NCBI GenBank assembly: GCA_963815115.1
Contig: CAWFFN010000005.1
Location: 1,376,001 to 1,440,000 of the forward strand
Direction: 5' to 3'
DNA from: an uncultured delta proteobacterium
GTDB lineage: Bacteria; Desulfobacterota; Binatia; DP-6
DNA: 64,000 bases
The translations under genes and the position numbers were made by a program. Positions 11,464 through 21,792 of this stretch are shown here, one piece after another; position 1 is the first letter of the stretch, and every line of letters begins with the position of its first letter. The notes beneath the pieces were generated by a model. It searched no databases. It had not been told where the DNA came from and saw only the letters and a list, made by a program, of their open reading frames with translations.

Positions 11464-12831
11464 TCACGGGCAGGGCGGGCGCGGGATGGCGATGTCGCAG
11501 AGCAGGCCGTGATCGAGGAAGCGCAGGGTGGTGACGCTGCCGGCGATCTCGTAGGCGAGCGCCTCTTTGATGAGCCGCATGCCGAAGCCGAGGCGGCCCT
11601 TGGCGCCGATCGGCGGGCCGTCGTGCTCGGCCCAGCAGATGAGCAGGCGCGAGCCGCCGCCGTCGTCGCTCCGCGACGAAATGGCGACCCGCCCCTGCCG
11701 GCTGGAAAGCGCGCCGTACTTGACGGCGTTGGTGGCGAGCTCGTGTAGCGTCATGCCGAGGACACGGACCAGCTCCGGCCAGACGAAGCTGCCGCCGCAG
11801 TCGACCGAGATGCTGCCGGGGTAATGGCGATAGGGGCCAACGACGAGCTCGACCAGCTCGGTGAGCATCATGCCCTCCCAGCGCCTCGCCGCCAGAGCGC
11901 CGTGGATGCGGGCCAGCGCGTGGAGGCGGCCGAAGAAGGCATCGGAGAACGCCGCCATTGAGGTCGTCGAGCGAAGCGTCTGCTCAGCGACCGATTGCAC
12001 GGTGGCGAGCGCGTTCTTGACCCGGTGATCGAGCTCGCGCATGGCGAAGCGCAGCGCCGCCTCAGTCTCGTGATGCTTCTCAATCTCCCGTTCGGCCCGG
12101 CGGTTGGCCTCGCGCAGCGCCACCTCGGTCTTGCGGTGCTGCTCGACGATGCGCTCGAGGTTGGCGTTCACCTGCGCCAGGTGCTCGTGCGCGTCGCGCC
12201 ACTGGGACATGATGTATTGCACGATGCCGAGCAGGGCGAGCGTCGCCGCCACGCTCGCGGCCGTAGCTCCGATCAGGTGGGGCAGCGCGATCCGCCCGTC
12301 GGCGATCGGGGCCGCCGACATCATGGGCGCGTACGGGACCGCTCCGAGCCCGACGGCCACCATGCTCGCGACGACGAGGCAGAGGCCGAAGGCGATTCCG
12401 CCGAGAGCCATCGCCTGCGGCAGGAGCAAGAGCTGGCAGACGACACCGACGATGATCGCGATCCACGCCGGGCTGGTGATCGGGCCGAGCCCATAGGCGA
12501 TCCCTGCGGCGCCGACCCACCACGAGAGAGTCCCGACCAGCGCGTAGAGTGTGTGGGGACCCGGGCGCCGGCGCTCGAGCGAGCCGAGGGCCAGGAACGC
12601 GATCCAGAACGCGACCAGCCCGGCGATCCCGTCGCGCATGACCACCAGCCAGGCGCGCGAGAAGTACGGCTCGATCTCGGGATGCGTGATCAGGTACGCG
12701 GAGCGCAGCGCGTAGCCGACGTAGAAGGGCAGCGTCAGCAGAATCATCACCCGACAGCGCTCGATGACGCTCCACTCGAGAGGATTGCCGACGCCCTGCG
12801 ACGGGCGCCGCTCGCTGGACCGGGGGGGCAC
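11464..12831 (-). CDS. Membrane-bound HWE-type sensor histidine kinase
   Basis: Multiple TM helices; ELDHRVKN, LHELATNAVKYGALS, WAE, GFG motifs. Confidence 0.9.
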   Translation of the reverse strand: MPPRSSERRPSQGVGNPLEWSVIERCRVMILLTLPFYVGYALRSAYLITHPEIEPYFSRAWLVVMRDGIAGLVAFWIAFLALGSLERRRPGPHTLYALVGTLSWWVGAAGIAYGLGPITSPAWIAIIVGVVCQLLLLPQAMALGGIAFGLCLVVASMVAVGLGAVPYAPMMSAAPIADGRIALPHLIGATAASVAATLALLGIVQYIMSQWRDAHEHLAQVNANLERIVEQHRKTEVALREANRRAEREIEKHHETEAALRFAMRELDHRVKNALATVQSVAEQTLRSTTSMAAFSDAFFGRLHALARIHGALAARRWEGMMLTELVELVVGPYRHYPGSISVDCGGSFVWPELVRVLGMTLHELATNAVKYGALSSRQGRVAISSRSDDGGGSRLLICWAEHDGPPIGAKGRLGFGMRLIKEALAYEIAGSVTTLRFLDHGLLCDIAIPRPPCP

Positions 12832-13379
12832 GGCTCGGCTCCTCGGGCAGCAGACTGCGACCCGCGGAGTGGGCTGTCAATCTCTTCCGCGAGCGCCCTC
12901 AGACCCGCGCGAGGGTGTAGCTGAGCGCGCCGAGCAGCGAGCCCCGCTGGCCGACCTGCGCGGCTTCGGGGAAGCTCGCGGCGCGCATCAGAACTCGCCA
13001 GCCCGTCGTCGCCGTTCGCGCGCAGGCTTTCCGCGCGGTGCACGAGCCGGGCAAGCAGCGCGCCGAGGCCATGAAGCAGCAGAAGAAGCTCGATCGTGCT
13101 TTCAAGTGGCAGGCAACCGCCAAGCACGACGATTTCGAACGACTCCGAGCGAAGTGCGCCGACAGGCGCGCGCGTGAGTGACTGCGTGGGCACGGCGGAG
13201 GCTCAGCGTCATTTCTGTCGCTTGTCGTGGGACGCTGCGCATGGCGGTGAGGGAACAGCCCAAGAGTCTCTCCCCGGTGCGTTGTGCCCTGAACACAGCC
13301 GTGTAGTGCTCCCCCCGGTCAAGCCACACGTTGAAGTTGTTGCGCACGATATGGCGCGGCTGAGATGCTGAGATAGCCG

Positions 13380-13548
13380 AGCGCCTGGTGCGGACGGCCG
13401 CTACACCAGATCGAGCGCAGCGACACCTTCGACTCGTCGGTCGGCATCCGCTGGCGGTGCGCGGAGAACGTCGTGCTCTCGGCGAACGCGCTGGTGCCCC
13501 TCAATCGTAAGGGACTCCAGGCCGACTTCATCCCGACCCTGGAGGGCA
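13380..13548 (+). pseudogene. C-terminal fragment of a probable outer-membrane beta-barrel protein, cut by copy C
   Basis: ...DTFDSSVGIRW...LSANALVPLNRKGLQADFIPTLEG| followed by the repeat. Confidence 0.4.
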
Positions 13549-13637
13549 GATAGGCGCGATGAAGGGCCTTTTTCCGCGAAGGCTTAGAGAACGCCCCCTG
13601 CTCCGACGTTCGCTGAGTTTTCGCCTGCTCCGTCACA
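13549..13637 (-). repeat. oriIS-like mini-element copy C (hybrid type)
   Basis: GATAGGCGCGATGAAGGGCCTTTT...TTCGCCTGCTCCGTCACA. Confidence 0.8.
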
Positions 13638-13741
13638 GAGCAGCGGCGGGGGGCAGCGTTTCGGCGTAGGCTACAGATGAGCTACGCTATCATCTGGACG
13701 CAGCGCTGCCGCAGTCGCCAAGTTACTGACGTCGCCGTCAT

Positions 13742-13956
13742 TCATCGCCGCAGATCGGCGTCGGTGTAGTCGGGCTCGTGGTCGCCGTAGGCCCTGGCGA
13801 GCGCCTCGCGGGCGATCACCGGCCAGTCGGCGGCAGCATGGCCGGCATCTCCCGGAGCGAGGGTCACCATGAGCGGGGTGTTCGGAGGATCTCGAACGGC
13901 TCGTCCAGGAGGAGGTGCTGTCCGTCGTAGTGCGCCTTGAGGGTGACCGCCGGCAT
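13742..13956 (-). pseudogene. DUF104-like antitoxin, frameshifted, followed by a truncated downstream ORF start (MNDGDV, PemK-like)
   Basis: MPAVTLKAHYDGQHLLLDEPFE...ALARAYGDHEPDY. Confidence 0.5.
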
Positions 13957-14239
13957 GGTGACGCGAGGGATACGCCGCGTCGGCCGTGAGCAGCGACCCC
14001 TCCGCGCCGGACAGGCCGACACGCCCAAGTGGCGCGAGGGCTTCTCAGCCATGTGCGGCTATTGTGCAGGAGTCGGGCTGACTGGACCGGCACCCAGCCG
14101 GGCGATCGTTTCCCGCTTCACCTTGGCCCCTGCCCCGCATGCCGTATTGCTCCCCGCTCGACGGAGTCGGCACGAGCGACGGTCCAGGGAAGACGGCGCC
14201 TGCAGGAGCGCCGTCCGGTGCTACGGGCGTCAGGCCGAC

Positions 14240-14420
14240 CGGCGCGCCTGCCGGAGGTCGACGACCAGCTCCAGGTCGGGAGCCCCGGCGATCCGACGAA
14301 GGGTATCCAAGCTCGGCGTCACGCCTTCGGCTTCGAGCCGAGCGAGGCGGGCTGAGAGGTGTCGATGCGAGCGGCCAGCTCTGCGTGTGTGACGCCGCGA
14401 CGTTCACGTCGCCGGCCGAA
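14240..14420 (-). pseudogene. XRE-family HTH (HigA-like) fragment
   Basis: RERRGVTHAELAARIDTSQ / ARLEAEGVTPSLDTLRRIA across a frameshift. Confidence 0.55.
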
Positions 14421-14556
14421 CACGCTTGGCGATCTCGAACGCCCCTTGGCCTGTCGATAACCGGCCCGGCGTGGAACCGACTCGCGCCGTTCCTGCTTGA
14501 TCGTTGCCCAGCGGCGCCGCGCCGGCCCCATGGAGCCTCCGGATCGAACGCGAAAG

Positions 14557-14844
14557 TCAGTGGGCAATTGGAGAGTCTGTTGGTGTAGTCTCGATGGGCT
14601 CGCTCCGAGTTGCCAGTCCCAGCACTTGGTCCACGTGCACCTCGAACCGACTGGCCCACACGAGACCCAGGCCATACGAATCGATCGACACCTTCGACCA
14701 CCCCTCGGCGTTGCGCGGGAAGCAGTAGACGCTCGCGAACGACGACAGATCTGCCTCGTACCGCCGGTCGTCGCTGGCCTCAATCAGGACGCGCATGTAG
14801 GCGGGCGTTGTGACCGAGCGAATCAGCGGAGTGGGGGTACCCAT
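14557..14844 (-). CDS. DUF2442 family protein (antitoxin-like)
   Basis: KVSIDSYGLGLVW motif; paired with DUF4160. Confidence 0.6.
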   Translation of the reverse strand: MGTPTPLIRSVTTPAYMRVLIEASDDRRYEADLSSFASVYCFPRNAEGWSKVSIDSYGLGLVWASRFEVHVDQVLGLATRSEPIETTPTDSPIAH

Positions 14845-15088
14845 GGAACCTCCTTGCCAGAGCTCGCAGCTTCCCACGCTGCACGAAGTTCAGGGCCGCG
14901 CTCCTGACACCACTCGGTGACGAGACGATTGGCACGTGAGCCGAGATCTCCCTCGAGGCGGGTGCCCTGGAGATCGAAGACCGCCTCCTCGCCGCCGACC
15001 TGGCGTGAAAATGTGGCCTTCGGTGCTTCTGAACGTCGAGCCAGTACATGTAGATCACGATCCCGAAGAACTCCGAGATGCGCGGCAA
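14823..15088 (-). pseudogene. DUF4160 family protein, frameshifted
   Basis: MPRISEFFGIVIYMY...HRRPHFHA / EAVFDL...RLVTEW. Confidence 0.75.
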
Positions 15089-15109
15089 CCTTCACCTCCA
15101 GTCAGTGCC

Positions 15110-15910
15110 ACCTGGAGACCGCGAACATCAAGCTCGCCAGTGTCGTCACGGACGTGCTCGGGGTGTCGGCGCGGGCGATGCTCAAGGCGCTGATCGCGGG
15201 GGACCGGCAGCGCCCGAGAGCCCTGGCCGAGCTGGCCCAGCGGCGGATGCGCCGGAAGCGCGCGGCCCTCGGGGAGGCCCTCACCGGGTGGGTCTCCGCC
15301 CATCACCGCTTCCTGCTCGAGCAGCTCCTGCGCCACGTCGAGTTCCTCGACGAGGCGATCGCCACCTGCGATCGCCACATCGAGACGCTCACCGTGGCCG
15401 ATGCGGACGCACTCGCTCGGCTCGACACGATTCCCGGCGTCGCGCGCCGGACAGCCGAGGTGATCGCCGCCGAGCTCGGCTGCGACATGACGCGCTTCCC
15501 GACCGCCGGCCATGCCGCCTCATGGGCCGGCCTCTGCCCGGGCAACCACGAAAGCGCCGGGAAGCGCCTGAGCGGCCGCACCCGCTTCGCCAACCGGACG
15601 CTACGCGCGGCGCTCGTCGAGAGCGCCCGCGGCGCTGTCCGCACACGCGACTGCTACCTCGCGCCCCAGTACCGGCGCCTGGCCAAGCGCCGGGGCGACA
15701 AGAAGGCCATCGTCGCCGTCGCCCACAGCATCCTCGTGATCGCGTACCACGTCCTGCGGGACGGCCAGTCGTACCGCGAGCTGGGCGGCGGCTACTTCGA
15801 TCGTCTCAACACGGACCGCCTCACGCGCTATCACTCCAAGCGGCTGGCCGCCCTTGGCTACACGGGGACCCTCGCCAAGGATGCGGCTTGAACCGCACCT
15901 TTTTCGTAGT
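15110..15910 (+). mobile_element. IS110-family transposase, 5'-truncated, with right end
   Basis: LETANIKL, TIPGV, GLCPGNHESAGK, KKAIVAVAHSIL; stop at 15891. Confidence 0.9.
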
Positions 15911-15969
15911 ATCGAAGTCGATTGCGAACGCCCGCCTTTCGCCGTACGATCCATGGGTCGGACGCGAAG

Positions 15970-17454
15970 ATGCGGTTTCAAATCGTCTCTCACGCCGGTC
16001 TGCTGGTCGAAGGCTCCGGAGTCCGGCTGCTGTTCGATCCATGGATCCTGGGCAGCACGTACTGGCGCTCCTGGTGGAACTATCCCCCCGTGACGCGCGC
16101 CCTGATCGAGAGCCTCAAACCGGATTACATCTACCTGACCCATACGCACTGGGACCACTTCCAGGGTCCCTCGCTGCGAAAGTTCGGCAAGGACCAGAAA
16201 ATCCTGGTTCCGCGCTCGCCCAACAGGCGGATGTGCCGGGTATCGAAGCAGATGGGCTTCACTAGCGTCACCGAGATCGACCACGGAACGTCGCTGCAGC
16301 TGGCTCCGGACTTCCGCATCAGCAGCTACCAGTTCAATCTCTTCATGGACAGCGCTCTGGTCGTGGAGACCGAAGGGGTGACGCTGCTCAACGCCAACGA
16401 TTCCAAGTTCATGGGCGAGCCTCTCGGCCAGATCCTGCGCACGCACGGCGGAATCGACTTCGTGTTTCGCAGCCACAGCTCGGCCAACTCGCGGTTGTGC
16501 TACGAGATCATCGATGACCCGACCGAAGTCGTCGATGATATCGAGCGGTACGTGACGGACTTCGCGAACTTCGCGGTCGCCTCCGGCTCCCGCTACGCTA
16601 TTCCTTTCGCCAGCAATCATTGCCATCTGCACAAGGATGTGTTCCGCTTCAACGACCTCGTGATGACCCCGCAACGCGTCGTGGAGTACTTCGAGCGCAA
16701 GGGCATCCGCACCCCCGAAGTCAAGATCATGGTTTCGGGCGACTCCTGGTCGAGCGACGGCGGCTTCGACGTGCCGCCGAACGACTTCTTCGAGAACCGC
16801 GATCGACATCTGGCGCAGTACCTGGAGCAGAAACGCGACGTGCTGGAGAAGTTCTATGCCCAGGAGGCGAGCTCCACGCTGACGGTCAAGCAGGTGGACA
16901 ACTACTTCAAGAAGTTCACCGCGGCGATCCCGTGGGTCGTCCGTCGCCGTTACAAGGACCGCCCGATCTGCTACGTGTTGAGCGCGGGAGAGCGCAAGCT
17001 GCTGTTCGAGGTCGACATCTACCGGCGCACCGTTCGGGAGTTGGAGCGGTTCACCGATGCGTCGCACCCGATGCAGATCCACACGTCGGTTTTCATCCTG
17101 AAGCAGTGCATGGGTCTCGATCTGTTTTCCCATCTGGCGATCAGCAAGCGCGTGCGCTACCGGGTGACCTCGGCTCGCAAGAAGTACATCGTGTTGCTCA
17201 ACCTACTGTTTAACGGCTACGAGTACGAGATGCTCCCGTTGCAACGCATGCTCAGCCGCCGCTTCGTCGGCGTTTGGCTTCGACGCTGGCGCGAGTGGGC
17301 ACTGTACGTGCGGATTGCGTTGAGCTTGACGCTGCGCCGAAAGTTCGACATGGCGGACTATCTCCCCGCGGCCCGTCCCAAGCTCGAACCCTCGGCGACC
17401 CGGGCTCGACGTGCACAAGGCGAGCGTCACGGCGTGTCTCCGCTCGCCCGGTGA
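15970..17454 (+). CDS. MBL-fold metallo-hydrolase (UlaG / CMP-NeuAc hydroxylase-like)
   Basis: SHAGLLVE, LFDPW, THTHWDH, IPFASNH; the 3' end may run into an IS110 remnant. Confidence 0.8.
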   Translation: MRFQIVSHAGLLVEGSGVRLLFDPWILGSTYWRSWWNYPPVTRALIESLKPDYIYLTHTHWDHFQGPSLRKFGKDQKILVPRSPNRRMCRVSKQMGFTSVTEIDHGTSLQLAPDFRISSYQFNLFMDSALVVETEGVTLLNANDSKFMGEPLGQILRTHGGIDFVFRSHSSANSRLCYEIIDDPTEVVDDIERYVTDFANFAVASGSRYAIPFASNHCHLHKDVFRFNDLVMTPQRVVEYFERKGIRTPEVKIMVSGDSWSSDGGFDVPPNDFFENRDRHLAQYLEQKRDVLEKFYAQEASSTLTVKQVDNYFKKFTAAIPWVVRRRYKDRPICYVLSAGERKLLFEVDIYRRTVRELERFTDASHPMQIHTSVFILKQCMGLDLFSHLAISKRVRYRVTSARKKYIVLLNLLFNGYEYEMLPLQRMLSRRFVGVWLRRWREWALYVRIALSLTLRRKFDMADYLPAARPKLEPSATRARRAQGERHGVSPLAR

Positions 17455-17459
17455 CGGGG

Positions 17460-17640
17460 CCCAGCGCCGCGAGGAGGTGCGGATGTTCGGCACCACGACG
17501 CACGAGCGCCGGCTGCACGCACGTCGCGCTGGAGTCGACGGGCGTCTGCTGGCGGCCGGTCTACAACCTCCTCGAGGGGCGCGTCGCGCTGGTGCTGGTG
17601 AACGCCCAGCACGTCAAAATGGTGCCGGGCCGCAAGACGG
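17460..17640 (+). pseudogene. IS110 transposase N-terminal remnant
   Basis: THVALESTGVCWRPVYNLLE...VNAQHVKMVPGRKT. Confidence 0.8.
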
Positions 17641-17808
17641 GCCCCTCGCAGAAGCTGTCCGGACACTCGGCGCTGTGCGTGCATGGATTCCCCGCGTTGG
17701 AGCCGCCGAAGCAGACGAGGCCACCGCAGTCCGGCGGATCGGCGCAGGCCGTCTGGCACCGGCTCTCGAACCTCTTGCGCGCCGTCTCGTAGCAGCCGGA
17801 CGTCGGCC

Positions 17809-17893
17809 GATAGGAGCGATGAACGGGGTTTTGCGAAGGTTTACGGAACGCCCCATCCCGGACCTTCGCCGCATTTTCGCCCGCTCCGTAACA
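17809..17893 (-). repeat. oriIS-like mini-element copy D
   Basis: Full 85-bp consensus unit. Confidence 0.95.
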
Positions 17894-17990
17894 ACGGGAG
17901 TTCGGCTCTCCTCGGCACTTTTTCCGCTTGCCATTGAATGGTGTGGATCGATCGATTCAGCGACTCAACAGTGAGCCAGTGCCAGTAGAG

Positions 17991-18692
17991 TCACTGCGTC
18001 TCTGAGGCCGGCTCGACTGTCACTGGCACCGTGACGACGACCCCGGCGTTCCGCACGAGGACGTTCGCTGCCCCGACCGTCATCGACCTGATATCCCCGG
18101 ACTCGGAAACAGTCACGATGCGGCTGTCGCTCGAGGTGTACGTCGTGGCCTTTGCGGAGTGGACATCGCGATCCACACCGTCGCTGTAGTGCCCGACGAC
18201 ATAGAGGGTCTGCTCGTCGTCAGGCCCGCGAAGCCTGACGCTCGGCGGTGCGATCTTCAACGATTCCAGCGTCGCAGACGGCACCACTTCGAGCGTCCGT
18301 TCGATCGGCATGGCGAGAGCTCCGGAGGCATCCTCGGGCACGATGACGATCCCGAATTTCCCAGCGGCGTCCGCCGGCACCTTGATCCGGACCGTAGCTG
18401 GCAGCGCCGTCACCTCAGCGACCTGCGGGTCACCCAGACTCATCACGCTCACGCTACCGATAGTGGGACCCGGGAGACTCACCAGGCTCACCTCGACGAC
18501 GTCCCCCGGCGCTACGACATGACCGTTCTTTGGACTCTGGACCGCGACGAGCCGACTGGTGGTCTCACCTGGCAGAATTGGAATCATGTGGCGTTGCGCT
18601 GGCGGACTCGCCGCGAACCCGCTCCGAGGAATCGATGCCACGCCCGGTATGGCCGCCAGGCAGACGAGGAGCCGCAGAACCGGCCTAGTCAC
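17991..18692 (-). CDS. Secreted protein with Ig-like (Big_2) domain
   Basis: Signal-like N-terminus; LESLKIAP...GHYSDG...YTSSDSRIVTVS..G; start uncertain. Confidence 0.6.
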   Translation of the reverse strand: MTRPVLRLLVCLAAIPGVASIPRSGFAASPPAQRHMIPILPGETTSRLVAVQSPKNGHVVAPGDVVEVSLVSLPGPTIGSVSVMSLGDPQVAEVTALPATVRIKVPADAAGKFGIVIVPEDASGALAMPIERTLEVVPSATLESLKIAPPSVRLRGPDDEQTLYVVGHYSDGVDRDVHSAKATTYTSSDSRIVTVSESGDIRSMTVGAANVLVRNAGVVVTVPVTVEPASETQ

Positions 18693-19062
18693 ATGACATC
18701 TGCTACGTCTACGTGCTTGCGCTCTCGTACCCACGGTCTCCCCTCGCGTGCGGTGATCCTCGTACTCTGACGACATATCGCTCCCAAGCGTGTCACGAGT
18801 CTCTGGCCTCTGAGGGAGCCGCCTCCACCTCGCCCCGCGCTGGTCCCTGGGGGCCCGACCCGGAGGAACACGAATCACGGCGCTGCTTGCGGACGTACGT
18901 CGTGCCAAGCGGTACGAAACCACGGACGGCGCCCGCCTCCGCCGGGTCGTCTGAACGCCGTGATCTCTGCAACGCGGCTTCTGAGGATGGTCGCGATCTC
19001 CCCGGTGGGGCAGCTGCCGGGGCGCACCTAGATGACCTTTGGCAGATGGGCGACATGAAGCA

Positions 19063-19110
19063 GATAGGCGACCTGAAGGCCCTTTTTCGCAAAAGGTGAC
19101 GGAAAGGGTC
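19063..19110 (-). repeat. Mini-element copy E, ori half (split by IS110)
   Basis: AGCA|GATAGGCGACCTGAAGGCCCTTTTTCGCAAAAGGTGACGGAA; remainder at 20601-20628. Confidence 0.65.
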
Positions 19111-20600
19111 TGGTACGAAACTGATCGGCACACCTCAAGCGGCGGGCCGCAGTTCGACGGCGTAGCCGAGTTGGGTGAGGCGGCGCACGAGGCGGGCGGC
19201 GACGCGGCGCTTGTCGCGGCGGTCGAAGTAGTGAGCGCCGAGGTCGCAGTAGTTGGTCGCGGCGCGCAGCATGTGGTAGGCGGCCACGAGCATCGAGGCG
19301 GCCACCGCGATGATGGCTTGCTTCGGCCCGCGCCGCGCCTTGAGGCGCACGTACTGCGCCTGGACGTAGGAGTCCTTCACCTTGATGGCGGCCCAGGCCG
19401 CTTGGACGAGCGCGGTCTTGAGCCACCGGCCGCCCTTGCGGACGCGGACAGAGCGGCGCTTGCCGGCGCTCTCGTCGAGGCGGGGGCAGAGGCCGGCCCA
19501 CGCCACCAGGTGCCCAGCCGTGGCAAACCGCGTCATGTCGCGGCCGATCTCGGCGCGCAGGCTATGCGCCGTCGTCGGGCTGATCCCGGGGATGGTCGTG
19601 AGCCGCTCGACGACGAGCGCAAAGGGGGCGCGCGCATGGGTGATGCGCTCTTCGACCTCCGCGATGGCGTGATCGAGCTGGGCCCTGCGCTCGAGGTGGA
19701 GGCGCCACTCGAACCGATGGTAGTCGGTGACCGTCCCGTGCAGCGCCGCGGTCAGCGCGGCCCGCGGGGCCTGGACCCGGGTGGGGACCAGCGCGGCCAG
19801 GCGCGCCGGGTCCGTCTCCCCGTCCACCCGTGCCGCCAGGATCGCGCGCCCCGCGCTGCCGAACACGTCCGCCAACACGGTGGCGAGCTTGAGGGTGGCG
19901 TCCTCCAAGACCTTGTGGACGCGCTGCGCGTGCCGGGTATGCTCGCGCACGAGTTGCGTCCGGGTCCGCGTGAGCCCCCGGAGCTCCTGCGTCGCCGCGG
20001 CGGGCACGAAGCTCGGCCGGATCAGGCCATGCGCGAGCAGATCCGCCAACCACGCCGCATCGCGGACGGCGCTCTTGCGCCCAGGCACGTTGCGCACCGC
20101 GGTCGCATGGGCGAGGACGAGTTCGACGGACCCGGCCAGGACGTGCCAGACGGGCTTCCAGTACACCCCGGTCGACTCCATCACGACGTGGGTGACCTCG
20201 TGCGTGCGCAGCCAGTCCCCGAGCGCGAGCAGGTCCCGCGTGCACGTCCCGAACTCCCGGGTCTCCCGGCGCACCGCCTTCCGCGTGGCGCGTCGCACGC
20301 AGGCGACGACCGTCGCTTGATGCACGTCGCGGCCGGCACAGCGGGCAGGCCACACCTCCATCGTGTGGCCCTCCTTCTGCGACGGCGGCGCGGGCCCCGC
20401 GTCATCGAAGCCTGGGACGCGTGCTCTGGCGACAGCGACGTCGCCGTGGCGACAGTCCGGGGTGCTCGCAAGGTCCCTGGCTCAAACTTATCGACGGGCT
20501 CGGAGGCACCACTCCATTTCCCGAGCTCTCCGCCGCCGTGGCGTTCCAGCGTACCACGGTTTCGTGCGCCAGGGTGGGGCCGCAGGGGCCATGAGCAACT
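19110..20600 (-). mobile_element. Complete IS110-family element with ~240-bp non-coding left end
   Basis: CT dinucleotide at both junctions (19110-19111, 20599-20600); removing it rejoins the two halves of copy E. Confidence 0.8.
19135..20361 (-). CDS. IS110-family recombinase, probably inactive
   Basis: GRDVH, MESTG, GRKSAVRDA (usual KTD Asp replaced by Ala), DESAGK. Confidence 0.9.
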   Translation of the reverse strand: MEVWPARCAGRDVHQATVVACVRRATRKAVRRETREFGTCTRDLLALGDWLRTHEVTHVVMESTGVYWKPVWHVLAGSVELVLAHATAVRNVPGRKSAVRDAAWLADLLAHGLIRPSFVPAAATQELRGLTRTRTQLVREHTRHAQRVHKVLEDATLKLATVLADVFGSAGRAILAARVDGETDPARLAALVPTRVQAPRAALTAALHGTVTDYHRFEWRLHLERRAQLDHAIAEVEERITHARAPFALVVERLTTIPGISPTTAHSLRAEIGRDMTRFATAGHLVAWAGLCPRLDESAGKRRSVRVRKGGRWLKTALVQAAWAAIKVKDSYVQAQYVRLKARRGPKQAIIAVAASMLVAAYHMLRAATNYCDLGAHYFDRRDKRRVAARLVRRLTQLGYAVELRPAA

Positions 20601-20628
20601 TATCCGACGCATCTCGGCGCTCCGAAGG
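20601..20628 (-). repeat. Mini-element copy E, inner half
   Basis: ATCCGACGCATCTCGGCGCTCCGAAGGA resembles ATCCC..CGCATTTTCGCCCGCTCCGTAACA. Confidence 0.5.
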
Positions 20629-20845
20629 ATAGGAAGATGTCGCGGCCCGCCGGTGTCTTGAGGTCGAGGGTCATGCTGCGCTTGTTGCGCGCCAGGAACG
20701 GGATGCCCATGCCGAAGGGGTCGCGCGGCGCGGTCAGCACGAGCACGTCCATGCCGAGATCGGCGAGAAGCGTCGAGCAGAACGGCCCCGGCAGCTGCCG
20801 GGACAGGTCGAGCATCTTGAACCGGCCGAGAGGGAGCGTGGGCAT
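20629..20845 (-). pseudogene. CaiB/BaiF CoA-transferase N-terminal fragment, truncated at copy E
   Basis: LDLSRQLPGPFCSTLLADLG...RNKRSMTLDLKTPAGRDIFL. Confidence 0.85.
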
Positions 20846-20936
20846 GCGTGTCCCGCGTCTTAGCAAAGCCCGCTCGGCGAAGGCCAGCAGCGCGCACAGC
20901 GGGGGGCCGGCCTCGTGTGGCCGGCGAGATCCGTCG

Positions 20937-21365
20937 TCAGGGAATGGCGGGCACCGTGTCGCAGTCGAGGATGGTGAACGTGGCCGAGATGCCGGGGGCC
21001 AGCCCGGACCCGGTGTCACCCGGATTCAACTTCCCGCTGTTCGGCCGGAAGACCGCGGTGTAGTGCGACGGAGGAAGGCTGCTGATGGCGGCCCCGCCGA
21101 TCCCCACGCTGACCTCGGGGACGTCGATCGCGATGGCCGCGAACGTGCCCGCCGCGTTCATCACCAAGATGGCGGTGGCCGGGCTCGCCTGACCGAACCG
21201 GTCGATGCGCTGGCCGGGTGAGAAGCTCACGGCGCGCTTCTTGAGCTTCAGCTTCGGCAGCAGGAACTGCGCCGAGCCCGGGCTCACGCCGACGCAGAAC
21301 TCCGCGCGCGCGGGCCAGGGGGAAAGCGCACCCACCAGCAAGGAGGAGAGCAGGCTCGCGGTCAT
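20937..21365 (-). CDS. Secreted hypothetical protein
   Basis: Signal peptide (ARA-EF), terminal Cys pair, GC-biased codon usage. Confidence 0.55.
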   Translation of the reverse strand: MTASLLSSLLVGALSPWPARAEFCVGVSPGSAQFLLPKLKLKKRAVSFSPGQRIDRFGQASPATAILVMNAAGTFAAIAIDVPEVSVGIGGAAISSLPPSHYTAVFRPNSGKLNPGDTGSGLAPGISATFTILDCDTVPAIP

Positions 21366-21554
21366 GGTCGATCGATGTCGCCAGGTCATCTCCGGTTCCT
21401 TTCACGTGCGGCCGTCGCACGGAGCCAAGCACGCGCGTAGCACGGCCGTCACGTCTCTGGCAAGAAAATCACGATCCCAAATGGACGTCTTGACGCCCGC
21501 CCGACACGGTGTGTGCGATCGGTCTCGAATCGGATGGCGGCTCGGCGATGGGCC

Positions 21555-21639
21555 GATAGGAGCGATGAACGGGGTTTTGCGAAGGTTTACGGAACGCCCC
21601 ATCCCAGACCTTCGCCGCATTTTCGCCCGCTCCGTAACA
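21555..21639 (-). repeat. oriIS-like mini-element copy F
   Basis: Full 85-bp unit. Confidence 0.95.
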
Positions 21640-21792
21640 AGTCGCGTCGCTCCTTGGCAGGACCAGCGCAGCGACCACGAGCGCGGTCGCCGTCGCCTCT
21701 TTCCAGGATGGCCATCCCATTCCACTGTTCACAATTGTCATGCCGGCCACGTTGAGGAGGGAACCCGGCGATCGCGACGTGCGGTCGATCCG

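Noticed and set aside
17809-17893. Repeat as a classical MITE or a DDE transposon end (TGT start)
   Set aside because: No matching second IR and no target duplication; the linkage to the HUH transposase explains it better.
17819-17974. Recurring peptide MNGVLRRFTERPIPDLRRIFARSVT in many ORFs
   Set aside because: It is a translation of the DNA repeat. AGGAG lies only 2 nt from the ATG and the frame is not preserved across subtypes.
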